From contig OMZA01000009.1 of the NCBI GenBank assembly GCA_900315425.1, positions 964-64,963 on the forward strand: a stretch of DNA of 64,000 nt, given 5' to 3'. Of this stretch, positions 38,103 to 49,594 are shown piece by piece. Position numbers and translations under genes: made by a program. A model generated the notes under the pieces. That model was not told where the DNA came from, ran no database searches, and was given only the letters and a program-made list of their open reading frames with translations. The stretch comes from an uncultured Eubacteriales bacterium. Its GTDB lineage: Bacteria > Bacillota > Clostridia > Lachnospirales > Lachnospiraceae. Numbering within the stretch: position 1 is the stretch's first letter; each line of letters begins with the position of its first letter.

Positions 38103-40091
38103 ATGGATAAATTTAAATTAGTATCAGAATACAAGCCAACGGGAGATCAGCCAGAGGCAATAAAAAAATTAGTAGAAGGATTTAAAGAAGGAAATCAGTT
38201 TGAGACTTTGCTGGGAGTTACTGGTTCTGGTAAAACATTTACCATGGCAAATGTTATCAAGGAACTTAATAAACCCACATTAATTCTCTCACACAATAAA
38301 ACTTTAGCAGCCCAGTTGTACGGAGAATTTAAAGAGTTTTTCCCGGAAAATGCAGTAGAGTATTTTGTGTCTTATTACGATTATTATCAGCCGGAAGCCT
38401 ATGTTCCTTCAACGGATACATATATTGCCAAGGACTCTGCTATTAATGATGAAATAGATAAGTTGAGACATTCTGCCGCAGCAGCTTTGTCGGAACGTAG
38501 AGATGTTATTATAGTGTCATCGGTGTCTTGTATATACGGATTGGGAGACCCTATAGATTATAGAGAAATGGTGGTTTCTTTAAGACCTGGCATGGAAAGG
38601 GACAGAGATGACATTATAAGGAAACTGGTGGATATTCAGTATGCCAGGAATGACATAGATTTCAAACGAGGAACTTTTAGGGTGAGAGGAGATGTGTTGG
38701 AGGTATTTCCAATATCTTCTTCGGATTTGGCAGTGAGAATAGAATTCTTTGGGGATGAAGTGGATAGAATATGCGAAATAGAGCCATTAACAGGGGAAAT
38801 AAAGAGTTCTTTAGAACATGTGGCAATATTCCCGGCCTCTTTATATATTGCTTCTCAGGAAAGGATTGAGAAGGCCATAGGAACCATTGAAGAGGAACTA
38901 AAGGAAAGAGTGGATTATTTTAAAAGTGAGGATAAATTAATAGAGGCTCAAAGAATATCAGAAAGAACCAATTATGATATTGAAATGCTTAGAGAGACTG
39001 GATTTTGCTCAGGAATTGAGAATTATTCAAGACACATGGCAGGACTAGAACCAGGGGCAACCCCACATACATTGTTGGATTATTTTCCAGATGATTTTCT
39101 TATTATCGTAGATGAGTCCCACATTACCATCCCCCAGATAGGTGGAATGTATGCAGGTGACCAGTCTAGAAAACAGACTTTGGTGGATTATGGGTTTAGA
39201 TTACCTTCAGCCAAGGATAACAGACCTTTGAATTTTCAAGAGTTTGAAAGTAAGATTGATCAGATGATGTTTGTATCTGCTACTCCGGGAAAATACGAGG
39301 CAGAACATGAAATGGAAAGGGCAGAGCAGATAATTAGACCGACCGGTTTACTAGATCCTAAAGTAGATGTAAGACCGGTAGAAGGTCAGGTGGATGACCT
39401 GATTGCAGAGATAAATAAAGAGACAGAAAAGAAAAATAAGGTTTTAGTTACAACTCTTACCAAGAAAATGGCAGAGGATCTTACAGATTACATGAAGGAA
39501 GTAGGAATACGAGTTAAATACCTGCATTCAGATATAGATACTTTGGAAAGAAGTGATATAATCAGAGACATGAGACTTGACGTATTTGATGTGTTGGTTG
39601 GAATTAATCTTTTAAGAGAGGGATTGGACATTCCTGAGATTACATTGGTTGCCATATTAGATGCGGATAAAGAGGGATTTTTAAGATCGGAGACATCTTT
39701 GGTTCAGACCATAGGACGAGCGGCAAGAAATTCCCAAGGTCATGTAATTATGTACGCTAATACAATTACCGATTCTATGAAAAATGCTATCTCAGAAACC
39801 AATAGACGTAGGGAAATCCAAAATAAATATAATGAAGAGCACGGCATAACCCCTACAACTATAAAGAAAGCGGTCAGAGATAGAATAAGTATTACGAAAG
39901 AGGCAATTAAAAGCGTTGATAAATTGGAAAAAGATCCTGAGTCTATGAGTGCTAAGGAAATTGAGAAACTAATTGGAAAGATTCAAAAAGAAATGAAGAA
40001 AGCGGCAGCAGAGCTTAATTTTGAGGCGGCAGCAGAGCTTAGAGATCAAATGTTAACCCTTAAAAAGGAGTTAAATCAGAAAGAAGATTAA
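38103..40091 (+). CDS. uvrB: Excinuclease ABC subunit B
   Basis: [34 protein letters not shown]-terminal UVR domain. Confidence 0.98.
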   Translation: MDKFKLVSEYKPTGDQPEAIKKLVEGFKEGNQFETLLGVTGSGKTFTMANVIKELNKPTLILSHNKTLAAQLYGEFKEFFPENAVEYFVSYYDYYQPEAYVPSTDTYIAKDSAINDEIDKLRHSAAAALSERRDVIIVSSVSCIYGLGDPIDYREMVVSLRPGMERDRDDIIRKLVDIQYARNDIDFKRGTFRVRGDVLEVFPISSSDLAVRIEFFGDEVDRICEIEPLTGEIKSSLEHVAIFPASLYIASQERIEKAIGTIEEELKERVDYFKSEDKLIEAQRISERTNYDIEMLRETGFCSGIENYSRHMAGLEPGATPHTLLDYFPDDFLIIVDESHITIPQIGGMYAGDQSRKQTLVDYGFRLPSAKDNRPLNFQEFESKIDQMMFVSATPGKYEAEHEMERAEQIIRPTGLLDPKVDVRPVEGQVDDLIAEINKETEKKNKVLVTTLTKKMAEDLTDYMKEVGIRVKYLHSDIDTLERSDIIRDMRLDVFDVLVGINLLREGLDIPEITLVAILDADKEGFLRSETSLVQTIGRAARNSQGHVIMYANTITDSMKNAISETNRRREIQNKYNEEHGITPTTIKKAVRDRISITKEAIKSVDKLEKDPESMSAKEIEKLIGKIQKEMKKAAAELNFEAAAELRDQMLTLKKELNQKED

Positions 40092-40092
40092 A

Positions 40093-42948
40093 ATGAGTGA
40101 TAAGATAAAATACGACAACTCCTCTAAGAGATTTATAAAAATAAGAGGAGCAAATGAGCATAATTTAAAAGGGATAGATATTGATATACCCAGGGATTCC
40201 CTGGTGGTTATGACGGGACTCAGTGGTTCAGGAAAATCTTCCCTGGCCTTTGATACTATTTACGCAGAAGGACAGCGAAGATATATGGAATCGCTGTCAT
40301 CATATGCCAGACAGTTTTTAGGGCAAATGGAAAAACCCGAAGTGGAGTCCATAGAAGGGCTATCCCCGGCTATTTCCATTGATCAAAAATCTACTAATCA
40401 TAATCCAAGGTCTACAGTAGGAACAGTTACGGAAATATACGATTATTTCAGACTTTTGTATGCTAGAATTGGTATTCCCCATTGCCCTAATTGTGGTAAG
40501 CCAATTATGAAGCAGACGGTAGATCAAATGGTAGACCAGATAATGCATTTACCAGAAAGAAGTAAGATACTTCTTTTAGCACCGGTTGTAAGAGGACGAA
40601 AAGGTGAGCATGTCAAGGTGTTAGAACAGGCTAAGAAAGCCGGATATGTGCGTGTCATGGTGGATGACCATATGTATGAATTGTCTGAGGAAATAAAGCT
40701 TGAGAAGAACAAGAAGCATAATATAGAGATTGTTGTGGATCGTTTGGTGGTTAAGGAAGGACTGGAAAAACGTCTTACAGATTCTATTGAAACAGTTATG
40801 AAATTATCAGAAGGCCTTATGTACGTTGAGGTTATCGATGGAGAAAAGTTAAGCTTTAGCGAAAGTTTTTCTTGTCCTGACTGTGGAATCAGCATTGAAG
40901 AGATACAGCCTAGAAGTTTTTCTTTTAACAATCCATTTGGAGCGTGTCCGGTGTGTTCCGGTCTGGGATATAAGATGGAGTTTAGCATTGATTTGATAAT
41001 TCCGGATAAATCTCTTAGTATAAATGACGGCTGTATTGTGGCTATGGGTTGGCAATCAAGTAATAAAAAGGGAAGCTTTTCAAATGCAGTTCTTCAAGCC
41101 ATGGCTGAAAAATATGAGTTTTCTTTGGATACACCTTTTGAGAACCTCAGCAAAAAAGCACAGGATGTTATTATAAATGGAACTAATGGTGAAGTGTTAA
41201 AAGTTCACTACACAGGTCAAAGAGGGACTGGTATATACGACGTCCCATTCGAAGGGCTTTTAGCAAACGAGGAAAGAAGGTATAGAGAAACATTTTCTGA
41301 AAGGGGTAAGCAGGAATACGAACAGTATATGAGTATAACCCCTTGTACGGAGTGTAATGGTCAGAGACTTAAGAAGTCATCTCTGGCAGTTACTGTGGCT
41401 GACAAAAACATTTTTCAGATTACGTCTATGTCTGTTAAAGAGCTCAGCGAATTCCTAGAGGAAATGCCGTTAACGGATAGGCAGAAGTTTATTGGAGAAG
41501 AGGTGCTAAAGGAGATTAAATCCAGAGTCAATTTTCTTAAGAATGTTGGGCTTGAATATCTGTCCTTGTCCAGAGGAGCATCTACTCTATCAGGAGGAGA
41601 AGCTCAGCGTATAAGACTGGCAACTCAGATAGGTTCTGGTTTGGTAGGTGTTGCCTACATCCTTGATGAACCTAGTATCGGATTGCATCAAAGAGATAAT
41701 GACAAGCTTATTGATACCTTGAAGAAACTTAGGGATATTGGCAATTCTCTAATTGTGGTAGAACACGACGAAGACACTATGAGGCAGGCGGATTACATTG
41801 TGGATATAGGTCCTGGAGCTGGCGAGCATGGTGGAAATGTGGTGGCTTGCGGTACATATAAGGAAATAATGGCTAATAAAAATTCTCTTACAGGAGACTA
41901 TCTTAGTGGTAGAAAGAAGATAGAGGTTCCGGGATTTAGAAGAAAGCCTACTGGCTGGCTTACAGTTAAAGGGGCTAGAGAAAATAATCTTAAAAACATT
42001 GAGGTAAATATTCCTTTGGGCATTCTTACAGTTGTAACCGGAGTTTCCGGTTCTGGTAAGAGTTCTTTGGTAAATGAGATTTTATACAAAGCACTGGCTA
42101 AAAAGCTTAACAGAGCAAGAACTATTCCAGGTAAACACGATAGAATTAATGGTGTTAATAAGTTAGATAAGATTATTAATATAGACCAGTCACCTATTGG
42201 AAGAACTCCAAGGTCAAATCCAGCAACATACACTGGGGTATTTGACATGATTCGTGATTTATTTGCAAAGACAGCAGATGCAAAAGCTATGGGTTATTCA
42301 AAGGGAAGATTCTCTTTTAACGTAAAAGGTGGAAGATGCGAAGCTTGTCAGGGTGATGGGATTATAAAGATTGAGATGCATTTTCTTCCAGATGTCTATG
42401 TACCTTGTGAAGTGTGTGGAGGTAAAAGATACAACAGAGAAACTCTGGAAGTTAAGTACAAAGGGAAAAGCATTTTCGACGTATTGGATATGACTGTTGA
42501 GGAGGCTTTACCATTTTTTGAAAATGTTCCTAGCATTTATAGAAAGATTAAAACCCTTTATGATGTCGGACTTTCATATATTAAACTGGGTCAACCTTCT
42601 ACTACCTTGTCAGGTGGTGAAGCCCAGCGTATAAAACTTGCCACAGAACTTAGCAGAAGAGGAACCGGAAAAACTATTTATATCTTAGACGAACCTACAA
42701 CAGGTCTTCATTTTGACGACGTAAATAAATTGGTGAAGATTCTTAGAGAATTGTCGGAGTCTGGCAATACGGTAGTTGTCATTGAACACAACATGGATGT
42801 TATTAAAGTTGCGGATTTTATAATTGACATGGGACCAGAAGGGGGAGATGGTGGCGGAACTGTTGTAGCCACTGGAACTCCTGAGGAAATATGTGGTGTC
42901 AAGGAAAGCTACACCGGTCAATATCTAAAGAGATATTTAGAGAATTGA
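40093..42948 (+). CDS. uvrA: Excinuclease ABC subunit A
   Basis: Two ABC modules ([26 protein letters not shown] twice) and zinc fingers. Confidence 0.98.
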   Translation: MSDKIKYDNSSKRFIKIRGANEHNLKGIDIDIPRDSLVVMTGLSGSGKSSLAFDTIYAEGQRRYMESLSSYARQFLGQMEKPEVESIEGLSPAISIDQKSTNHNPRSTVGTVTEIYDYFRLLYARIGIPHCPNCGKPIMKQTVDQMVDQIMHLPERSKILLLAPVVRGRKGEHVKVLEQAKKAGYVRVMVDDHMYELSEEIKLEKNKKHNIEIVVDRLVVKEGLEKRLTDSIETVMKLSEGLMYVEVIDGEKLSFSESFSCPDCGISIEEIQPRSFSFNNPFGACPVCSGLGYKMEFSIDLIIPDKSLSINDGCIVAMGWQSSNKKGSFSNAVLQAMAEKYEFSLDTPFENLSKKAQDVIINGTNGEVLKVHYTGQRGTGIYDVPFEGLLANEERRYRETFSERGKQEYEQYMSITPCTECNGQRLKKSSLAVTVADKNIFQITSMSVKELSEFLEEMPLTDRQKFIGEEVLKEIKSRVNFLKNVGLEYLSLSRGASTLSGGEAQRIRLATQIGSGLVGVAYILDEPSIGLHQRDNDKLIDTLKKLRDIGNSLIVVEHDEDTMRQADYIVDIGPGAGEHGGNVVACGTYKEIMANKNSLTGDYLSGRKKIEVPGFRRKPTGWLTVKGARENNLKNIEVNIPLGILTVVTGVSGSGKSSLVNEILYKALAKKLNRARTIPGKHDRINGVNKLDKIINIDQSPIGRTPRSNPATYTGVFDMIRDLFAKTADAKAMGYSKGRFSFNVKGGRCEACQGDGIIKIEMHFLPDVYVPCEVCGGKRYNRETLEVKYKGKSIFDVLDMTVEEALPFFENVPSIYRKIKTLYDVGLSYIKLGQPSTTLSGGEAQRIKLATELSRRGTGKTIYILDEPTTGLHFDDVNKLVKILRELSESGNTVVVIEHNMDVIKVADFIIDMGPEGGDGGGTVVATGTPEEICGVKESYTGQYLKRYLEN

Positions 42949-42973
42949 CATATATTGATGCATTTTTTATAAT
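42945..42973 (+). promoter_or_regulatory. Sigma-A promoter of guaA
   Basis: TTGACA-17-TATAAT. Confidence 0.8.
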
Positions 42974-43025
42974 TAAGTTTGATTTTTAGAATAAACATTA
43001 GAGTTTTAGAAACGGAGGATTAGCT

Positions 43026-44579
43026 TTGAGCAGAGAAATGATTCTGGTCCTTGATTTTGGAGGACAGTACAATCAGCTTATCGCCAGAAGAGTTCGTGAA
43101 TGTAACGTATATTGCGAAGTTCATTCATATACAATGACTCTGGATGAAATTAAGGAAATGAATCCTAAGGGAATCATTTTCACAGGTGGACCAAATAGCG
43201 TATATTTGGAGACTTCACCATCATATTCAAAAGAAATATTTGATTTGGGAATACCGGTTCTTGGTATTTGCTATGGATCACAGCTTATGGCACATTTACT
43301 TGGAGGAAAGGTTTCAACTGCACCTGTAAGTGAGTATGGTCATACAGCTACAGAAATCACAGAAGAGTCCATGCTTTTTAAGAATATCAAATCAAATATC
43401 AATGTATGGATGAGCCATACTGACTATATATCACAGGTTCCAGAAGGATTTAAGATTACAGCTCACACTGCCAATTGCCCTGTTGCAGCTATGGAAAATG
43501 CTCAGAAGAAGTTCTATGCAACCCAGTTTCACCCAGAGGTTATGCATACTGAGCAGGGTAAAGATATGCTCCGAAATTTTGTTATAGATGTTTGTGAATG
43601 TAGTGGAGATTGGAAGATGGATAGCTTTGTTGAAACTACCATTAAAGATCTCAAGGAAAAAATAGGAAACGGTAAGGTTTTACTTGCTCTATCAGGTGGA
43701 GTTGATTCTTCGGTAGCAGCTGCACTTCTTGCCAAAGCTGTTGGTAAACAGCTTACATGTGTATTTGTTGATCATGGTCTTCTTCGTAAGGATGAGGGTG
43801 ATCAGGTTGAGGAAGTATTTGGTCCTCAAGGAGAATTCGACCTTAATTTTATCCGCATAAATGCAGCTGATCGTTACTATGCTAAACTTGCCGGTGTAAC
43901 AGAGCCTGAAAAAAAGAGAAAAATTATTGGCGAAGAATTCATTCGTATTTTTGAAGAAGAGTCTAAGAAGATTGGTACAGTGGATTTCCTTGCTCAAGGA
44001 ACCATTTACCCGGATGTTATTGAATCTGGTCTTGGTAAATCTGCTGTAATTAAGTCGCATCATAATGTAGGAGGACTTCCTGAAGACGTTGATTTTAAGG
44101 AAATAGTTGAGCCTTTAAGAATTTTGTTCAAAGATGAGGTTAGAAAAGCAGGTCTCGAATTAGGTCTTCCTGAACATCTTGTGTATCGTCAGCCATTCCC
44201 TGGTCCGGGTCTTGGAATCAGAATAATCGGTGAAGTAACTGCCGAGAAAGTTAAAATTGTTCAGGATGCAGATGCTATTTACCGTGAAGAGATTGACAAA
44301 GCATTTGACGAAGGAAAGATGACTGCAAAACCAAATCAGTATTTTGCAGCTTTGACCAATATGAGATCTGTTGGAGTAATGGGAGACTTTAGAACTTACG
44401 ATTATGCTGTTGCTCTTCGAGCAGTGAACACATCAGATTTCATGACAGCTAGTTGTACAGAGATTCCATTTGAGGTACTCCAAACAGTAATGAACAGGAT
44501 TATTAATGAGGTTAAAGGAGTTAACAGAGTAATGTATGACTTAACTTCAAAACCACCTGGAACGATAGAGATGGAATAA
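43026..44579 (+). CDS. guaA: GMP synthase
   Basis: [42 protein letters not shown]; TTG start. Confidence 0.98.
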   Translation: MSREMILVLDFGGQYNQLIARRVRECNVYCEVHSYTMTLDEIKEMNPKGIIFTGGPNSVYLETSPSYSKEIFDLGIPVLGICYGSQLMAHLLGGKVSTAPVSEYGHTATEITEESMLFKNIKSNINVWMSHTDYISQVPEGFKITAHTANCPVAAMENAQKKFYATQFHPEVMHTEQGKDMLRNFVIDVCECSGDWKMDSFVETTIKDLKEKIGNGKVLLALSGGVDSSVAAALLAKAVGKQLTCVFVDHGLLRKDEGDQVEEVFGPQGEFDLNFIRINAADRYYAKLAGVTEPEKKRKIIGEEFIRIFEEESKKIGTVDFLAQGTIYPDVIESGLGKSAVIKSHHNVGGLPEDVDFKEIVEPLRILFKDEVRKAGLELGLPEHLVYRQPFPGPGLGIRIIGEVTAEKVKIVQDADAIYREEIDKAFDEGKMTAKPNQYFAALTNMRSVGVMGDFRTYDYAVALRAVNTSDFMTASCTEIPFEVLQTVMNRIINEVKGVNRVMYDLTSKPPGTIEME

Positions 44580-44589
44580 TAACGGACAG

Positions 44590-44659
44590 AAATGCCGAAA
44601 GCCTGTATTTATGCGGGTTTCCGGCATTTATTTTATCAAATGGCTCTACTTTGGCTCTA
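44590..44659. repeat. Hairpin plus TGGCTCTA direct repeat immediately after guaA (att-end-like)
   Basis: AAATGCCGAAAGCC...GGGTTTCCGGCATTT, then TGGCTCTA at 44641 and 44652. Confidence 0.6.
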
Positions 44660-44723
44660 TTTGTGGGCGGAGTAATAGAATAAATACTTATAAGATTTTC
44701 ATTTTAGGAAGGTATAGTGTAAT

Positions 44724-45584
44724 ATGGAACGATTATTTACCAGGAATGAGACCGAAAATAATGAAATAGTATCGAAGTTGTTTATCGGTATATTTATATT
44801 TGTTTTATTGGTATGGACGCTCTGTTGGTGTGGTGTGTTTGATTTTGATATACAAGTAGCATCTATCTTTTTATGTATATCAGCGATCTTTTTATTAACG
44901 CCTTATGTTTTCATTTATGTATTCCATTTAAATTCCAAAGGCATGAAATATATATTGATTCTTAATCTATCACTATGTATAGGAGTCTGTTATTATATTT
45001 TTACTTTCCAAATGGTAATAATGTTGATACTTCCGTTTTTGGTAGCAATGTTATACATGAACAAGAGACTTCTGTATTTTTCGGGTGCTATTAATTTTGT
45101 TATTGTTGTGATAGCACATTTTGTTTCTGCATTATTTGTGCTACAACCTTGGTTAGAACCATTTATTGGGATCAAAAATGTAATCCGTTTTGATCTGATT
45201 CCAAGAATTATGCAATTAGGTATATGTTTTGTATTGCTTTTTGTATTGATGAACAGAATGTTAGCTTATATGGAACAGTTAAAATGTATTAATGAAGAAT
45301 TAATGAATGAGGTTAGCTTAACCAATAAAAATCAAAGTGCGGAAAGAAAAGAGTTGGAAGGGTATTTGTCTTGTTTGACAGATAGGGAAAAAGAGATATT
45401 TATACAAATGCTTCAGGGCAAGACAAATATGCAGATTGCAGAAAGGTTATGCCTTTCAAGTGGAACAGTTAAAAACTATGTTTCATCTGTATATGATAAA
45501 ATTGGTATAAAAGAACGAAACTATCTTATTCTTAAATTTGGGCATATAATAGCAGATTATGACCAAAGTAATGAGGGAAAATGA
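44724..45584 (+). CDS. Polytopic membrane protein with C-terminal LuxR-type HTH
   Basis: About 5-6 hydrophobic helices, then LTDREKEI...GKTN.QIAERLCLSSGTVKNYVSSVYDKIG. Confidence 0.85.
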   Translation: MERLFTRNETENNEIVSKLFIGIFIFVLLVWTLCWCGVFDFDIQVASIFLCISAIFLLTPYVFIYVFHLNSKGMKYILILNLSLCIGVCYYIFTFQMVIMLILPFLVAMLYMNKRLLYFSGAINFVIVVIAHFVSALFVLQPWLEPFIGIKNVIRFDLIPRIMQLGICFVLLFVLMNRMLAYMEQLKCINEELMNEVSLTNKNQSAERKELEGYLSCLTDREKEIFIQMLQGKTNMQIAERLCLSSGTVKNYVSSVYDKIGIKERNYLILKFGHIIADYDQSNEGK

Positions 45585-45647
45585 CCGTAGTTACTTCACA
45601 ATTTTTGATATATTAGTTATTTTTGACTTAATATCGAAAGGAGTGGT

Positions 45648-46448
45648 GTGAAAATGAGATTTTTTGATAGTAATGAAAGTAGAAGAAAAAGGAAAGTTGG
45701 CAGATTTATATTGGTAACTATCGTATGCCTGTGTTTAATTTGTTTTATTAATTTTATACCTACTTTTAATTTAGAAACATCTAATATGTCTTTGTTAGAA
45801 GGAAAGTGGGTAAATGTATATTATGAGACAGAAAAAGATGCGGCTGAGGATGTGTTTCAATATGCAGATGCTGAAACAGAGGATATTGCTGAAAAGTTGG
45901 GTTTTGACAAAAAACAAAATATCAATATATACATATATGATCACCAAAGCACAATGCAAAAAAAGAAATATGGTTATATCGGTCCGTTGTTAGGTTTGGA
46001 TTGGTATATTGGGGATAATATCGGTACAGATGTAATCTTAACATCACCAGCAAATCCAGGAAAGGTACACGATTATGATAATAACAAATATGCTGTTCTT
46101 CATGAAATTGTACATGCATACATTAGTGTGAAAAATCCTAATATTCATTTGTGGTTGACCGAAGGAATGGCTTTATATTTGAGCAATGGCGAGGAGTTTT
46201 ATAAAGAGTATTTAGAAGAAATGAAAATTCCGACATATGAAGATACGTGTACAAGGAATCCTATTCGCTTTTCAAATTGTGGAGGATATACATTTGCAAA
46301 TACCTACATAGAATATTTGGAATCAACATATGGTTGGAGTAAAGTTTTAGAATTAATTGAGACGGAAAAGTATGAGCAAGTATTTGGGAAGAGTTCAGAG
46401 GAGATATATGATGAGTGGGTTTTGTATTTGAACAACTATTATCAGTAA
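45648..46448 (+). CDS. Exported or anchored zinc metallopeptidase (gluzincin, peptidase MA-like)
   Basis: N-terminal TM, HEIVH followed by WLTEGMA. Confidence 0.75.
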   Translation: MKMRFFDSNESRRKRKVGRFILVTIVCLCLICFINFIPTFNLETSNMSLLEGKWVNVYYETEKDAAEDVFQYADAETEDIAEKLGFDKKQNINIYIYDHQSTMQKKKYGYIGPLLGLDWYIGDNIGTDVILTSPANPGKVHDYDNNKYAVLHEIVHAYISVKNPNIHLWLTEGMALYLSNGEEFYKEYLEEMKIPTYEDTCTRNPIRFSNCGGYTFANTYIEYLESTYGWSKVLELIETEKYEQVFGKSSEEIYDEWVLYLNNYYQ

Positions 46449-46500
46449 TTCTCTTGTACTGGAAAAAAGAAGGATGATTAAATTATCAAGAGGGTAGACA

Positions 46501-47310
46501 ATGCAAAAAGCTATAATCGTAGGGTGTTCTGGAAGCGGAAAGAGCACTTTGTCCAGAAAAATACATACATTAACAGGACTACCGCTATATCATTTGGATA
46601 ATATTTTTTGGAGGGCGAATAAAACTCGTATCTCAAGGGAAGAATTTGATGGAAAATTAGCTGAGATTCTTCATCGCGACAGTTGGATCATTGATGGCGA
46701 TTATAATAGAACGTACGAGCCTCGCATCGCTGCATGTGACACAGTGATCTTCTTAGACTATGCAGAAGAAGTATGCATGGAGGGAATAACCAATAGAGTC
46801 GGTCAAAAACGTGAAGATATGCCATGGGTAGAGGAGAAAGTGGATCCAGAACTTGTGGAGCTTGTAAAAGAATTCGATAAGAAGCATAAACCTAAGCTTC
46901 TGGCGCTGTTAGCCAAGTATCCGGAGAAGAGAGTTGTCACTTTACATTCAAGGGATGAGGCGTATAAGTGGATGTTGAAGGAGTTTGTTATTGGTGCTAC
47001 GGTGGAAGGCCATGTTGACAGGCCGCTTGGAACAGCACACCCTGACTATCCGACCATGGTTTATCCAATCAATTATGGTTACGTAGACGGAATAATGGCA
47101 GAAGATGATGAAGAGCAGGATGTTTACATTTTGGGTAGCGATAAGCCGTTGGCTACATATAAAGGGGAAATAATAGCTGTTTATCATCGTACAAATGATA
47201 ATGAAGATAAATGGATTGTTTCATTAGGTGATAGGGACTATGCGGATGAAGAAATTCTTGAGGCTATACATTTTCAAGAAAAGTATTTTGAAGGGGAATT
47301 GCTGAGATAG
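46501..47310 (+). CDS. Fusion of an adenylate-kinase/FlaR-like P-loop domain and a family-I inorganic-pyrophosphatase-like domain
   Basis: GCSGSGKST, HLD..FW, WIIDG.Y; C-terminal DRPLG..HP...YPINYGY...DDEEQDVY...EDKW. Confidence 0.78.
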   Translation: MQKAIIVGCSGSGKSTLSRKIHTLTGLPLYHLDNIFWRANKTRISREEFDGKLAEILHRDSWIIDGDYNRTYEPRIAACDTVIFLDYAEEVCMEGITNRVGQKREDMPWVEEKVDPELVELVKEFDKKHKPKLLALLAKYPEKRVVTLHSRDEAYKWMLKEFVIGATVEGHVDRPLGTAHPDYPTMVYPINYGYVDGIMAEDDEEQDVYILGSDKPLATYKGEIIAVYHRTNDNEDKWIVSLGDRDYADEEILEAIHFQEKYFEGELLR

Positions 47311-47367
47311 CAATTTACAAAGGAGATTTCGTGATAAAGGCACATAATCAGGCGGTAAATGTGTTTA

Positions 47368-47421
47368 TTGACATCACCATTTTATAAAGATATAATTACG
47401 TATATACGTACGCAGTACGTC
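47368..47421 (+). promoter_or_regulatory. Consensus sigma-A promoter with a palindromic operator at the start site
   Basis: TTGACA-17-TATAAT (47368-47396); TACGTATATACGTA (47397-47410) and a further TACGT. Confidence 0.75.
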
Positions 47422-47452
47422 AAGACGTTGCTGTAAGAAGGAGGGGATATTT

Positions 47453-47896
47453 ATGGCATATCCGGAAATAAATATCAACGAATTGATTGCAAAACTTGAT
47501 TCGGCAGACTTTTATAAGGAATATGGAAATCCTGTAAGATGCAAGATTTTTGACACGGATAAAATCCTTTTGGCTTTTGATTTGTATGAGCGACTGTTTG
47601 GCGAAGTTGATATTGATAAGGAACAAACAATAGAAATGGATGACTTTATTAGAGCGTTGGTGTTGCAAAGATTGGATGATAATCCAGTAAGGGTTACTGA
47701 TAAAGAGGACGGATATTCTCTTTCTATGGAGACAGAAGTGTATGATTACTTAGCTCGAATCGCTATGAAAGATTATGGGGTTACCCTTGAAGAATTGATG
47801 AACAATTATTTAGTGTGGATGGTTGCGTGCCCAGAGGAGTTTCGGGCGTGGGTAGAACAAAATATGATGGAGAGAGGAAACGAAAATGACAATTAG
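47453..47896 (+). CDS. Hypothetical protein; possible Phd/YefM-like N-terminus and RHH-like C-terminus
   Basis: Good SD and ATG; fold resemblance judged by eye only. Confidence 0.5.
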   Translation: MAYPEININELIAKLDSADFYKEYGNPVRCKIFDTDKILLAFDLYERLFGEVDIDKEQTIEMDDFIRALVLQRLDDNPVRVTDKEDGYSLSMETEVYDYLARIAMKDYGVTLEELMNNYLVWMVACPEEFRAWVEQNMMERGNENDN

Positions 47897-48218
47897 TGAA
47901 CGTATTTTTAAACTAATGGAAGAACGTGAGATTGCTCAGACGGACTTTTCAAAAGCTACTGGAATTGCGCAAAGTACTATTAGTGACTGGAAACGTAAGA
48001 AAACGAATCCGTCTGCGGATAAGATAATGATTATTTGTAAAGTATTAAATGTAACGCCATACGAGCTGCTCCAGGATACAGTTCAATCAGTGGAAGAATT
48101 GGATTATCGAGTGGTTTCAAAAGGTACAAAGGAATATGATTTTTTGATTGAAATGGAAAGCCTTAAGAAATCGCAAAAAGAAAGATTGTTGGGGTATATA
48201 GAGGCATTAAAACAATAG
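47886..48218 (+). CDS. XRE/Cro-CI HTH regulator
   Basis: QTDFSKATGIAQSTISDWKRKKTNPSADKIMIIC.VL. Confidence 0.88.
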   Translation: MTISERIFKLMEEREIAQTDFSKATGIAQSTISDWKRKKTNPSADKIMIICKVLNVTPYELLQDTVQSVEELDYRVVSKGTKEYDFLIEMESLKKSQKERLLGYIEALKQ

Positions 48219-48336
48219 AGTGTTGTGGAAGATTTTGGAGTCAGTTGTCAAGAATTCCTTTAATACTGCCGGAGATGAATTATGTTACTTGAGAAAAGTA
48301 GTGGTGACAAGGAAAAAGTGACAGGGGGTAAATAGA

Positions 48337-48914
48337 ATGGAGATAAAAAAAGATAAAGTTCAATTATTTGAAGAACAACCAATTAGAACGGCATGGGTAG
48401 AAGACGAGGAAGAATGGTATTTTTCTATCGTGGATGTAGTGCGTGTGTTAACAGAACAACCCAATACGGATGGTGCAAGAAATTATTGGAAAGTATTAAA
48501 GAACAGAATGAAAGAAGAGGGAAATGAACTGGTTACAAATTGTAACCAGTTGAAAATGAGGGCTCAAGATGGAAAGATGAGATTTCTAAAGCCTGGTCTG
48601 GGATGACCACTCGTGAATATAAGAATCTTAAAGGGCTGAAAAAAGAAAATCTCCGGGATAATATGTCTACATTGGAACTTGTACTTAATATGCTGGCGGA
48701 GGCCACCACTACAGAGATTTCAAAGCAAAAGAAACCGGGAACTTTTGAGGAAAATCGAGTGGTTGCAATTGAGGGAGGGGAGGCTGCCGGGGAAGCAAGA
48801 AATGCAGTTGAAAAGCGTACCGGAAAGTCTGTGATCACTAGTAAGAATGCCACGCAATTACAGGATTTGGTTGCTGGGTTGATTGATGCAGACCTTAGGG
48901 AAGACAATAATTGA
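48337..48914 (+). pseudogene. Bro-N domain (phage antirepressor-like) gene with internal deletion and frameshift
   Basis: N-terminal WYFSIVDVV..LT...NYWKVLK..DGKMR joined out of frame to DEISKAWSGMTTREYK.LKGLKKENLRDNM. Confidence 0.78.
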
Positions 48915-48931
48915 TAAAGTGAGATGAGGGT

Positions 48932-49579
48932 ATGAGTAAATCTTTAAGTATTTTAATACTGTTGCCGATGAATGATTATAATAGTGCGGACGTCTATTGT
49001 GAGGATAATCGGTTAAAACAAATATATGGTGAAGTGCCTGAGATAGATAATTATTTTAAAACCTTAAAGATGCGTTCAGTATATACTTCAGGGAAGGATC
49101 TCGAAGTGTATTTTCAAAAAAAGTATCAGCTGGAAAAAGAAGAATTTAAAAATTATTCTATTAGTTATAACGGTAGAGAATATAATTACCATTTTAGGAA
49201 TGGTACAACTATACAATTAACAACCGAAGAGGATGAAAAACTTAAGCGGGAACATGTTGATGAGGGTGTTTATTGTCTTCCTTACAAATGTTTAGCTGTG
49301 GATATATATGGTTCGGTTATAAGCAAATTATTGAGTGATACATTTACCATTATCGACGATGAATTGATTGACAGGGCAATAAAACTGATTGGATGTCAAT
49401 ACAGTTCCGATTTGGATTTTGAAGAAGCAGGTTCAAAACATGGATTTTTGGGGGATAATGCGTTTGATATCGAATTGGATTACGAAGGTGATATGGATGG
49501 AAAGCTTCTTATCAGCCTTATAGTTGGAAAGTATATGGCTGAACGTGTTAAAGGAATAGCAGTTGCGGAATATGATTAA
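48932..49579 (+). CDS. Hypothetical protein
   Basis: 215 aa ORF with GAGG SD; no recognised motif. Confidence 0.6.
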   Translation: MSKSLSILILLPMNDYNSADVYCEDNRLKQIYGEVPEIDNYFKTLKMRSVYTSGKDLEVYFQKKYQLEKEEFKNYSISYNGREYNYHFRNGTTIQLTTEEDEKLKREHVDEGVYCLPYKCLAVDIYGSVISKLLSDTFTIIDDELIDRAIKLIGCQYSSDLDFEEAGSKHGFLGDNAFDIELDYEGDMDGKLLISLIVGKYMAERVKGIAVAEYD

Positions 49580-49594
49580 GGATAGACGAAAACA

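Noticed and set aside
42974-43025. Purine riboswitch before guaA
   Set aside because: Leader is only about 45 nt and lacks the aptamer consensus
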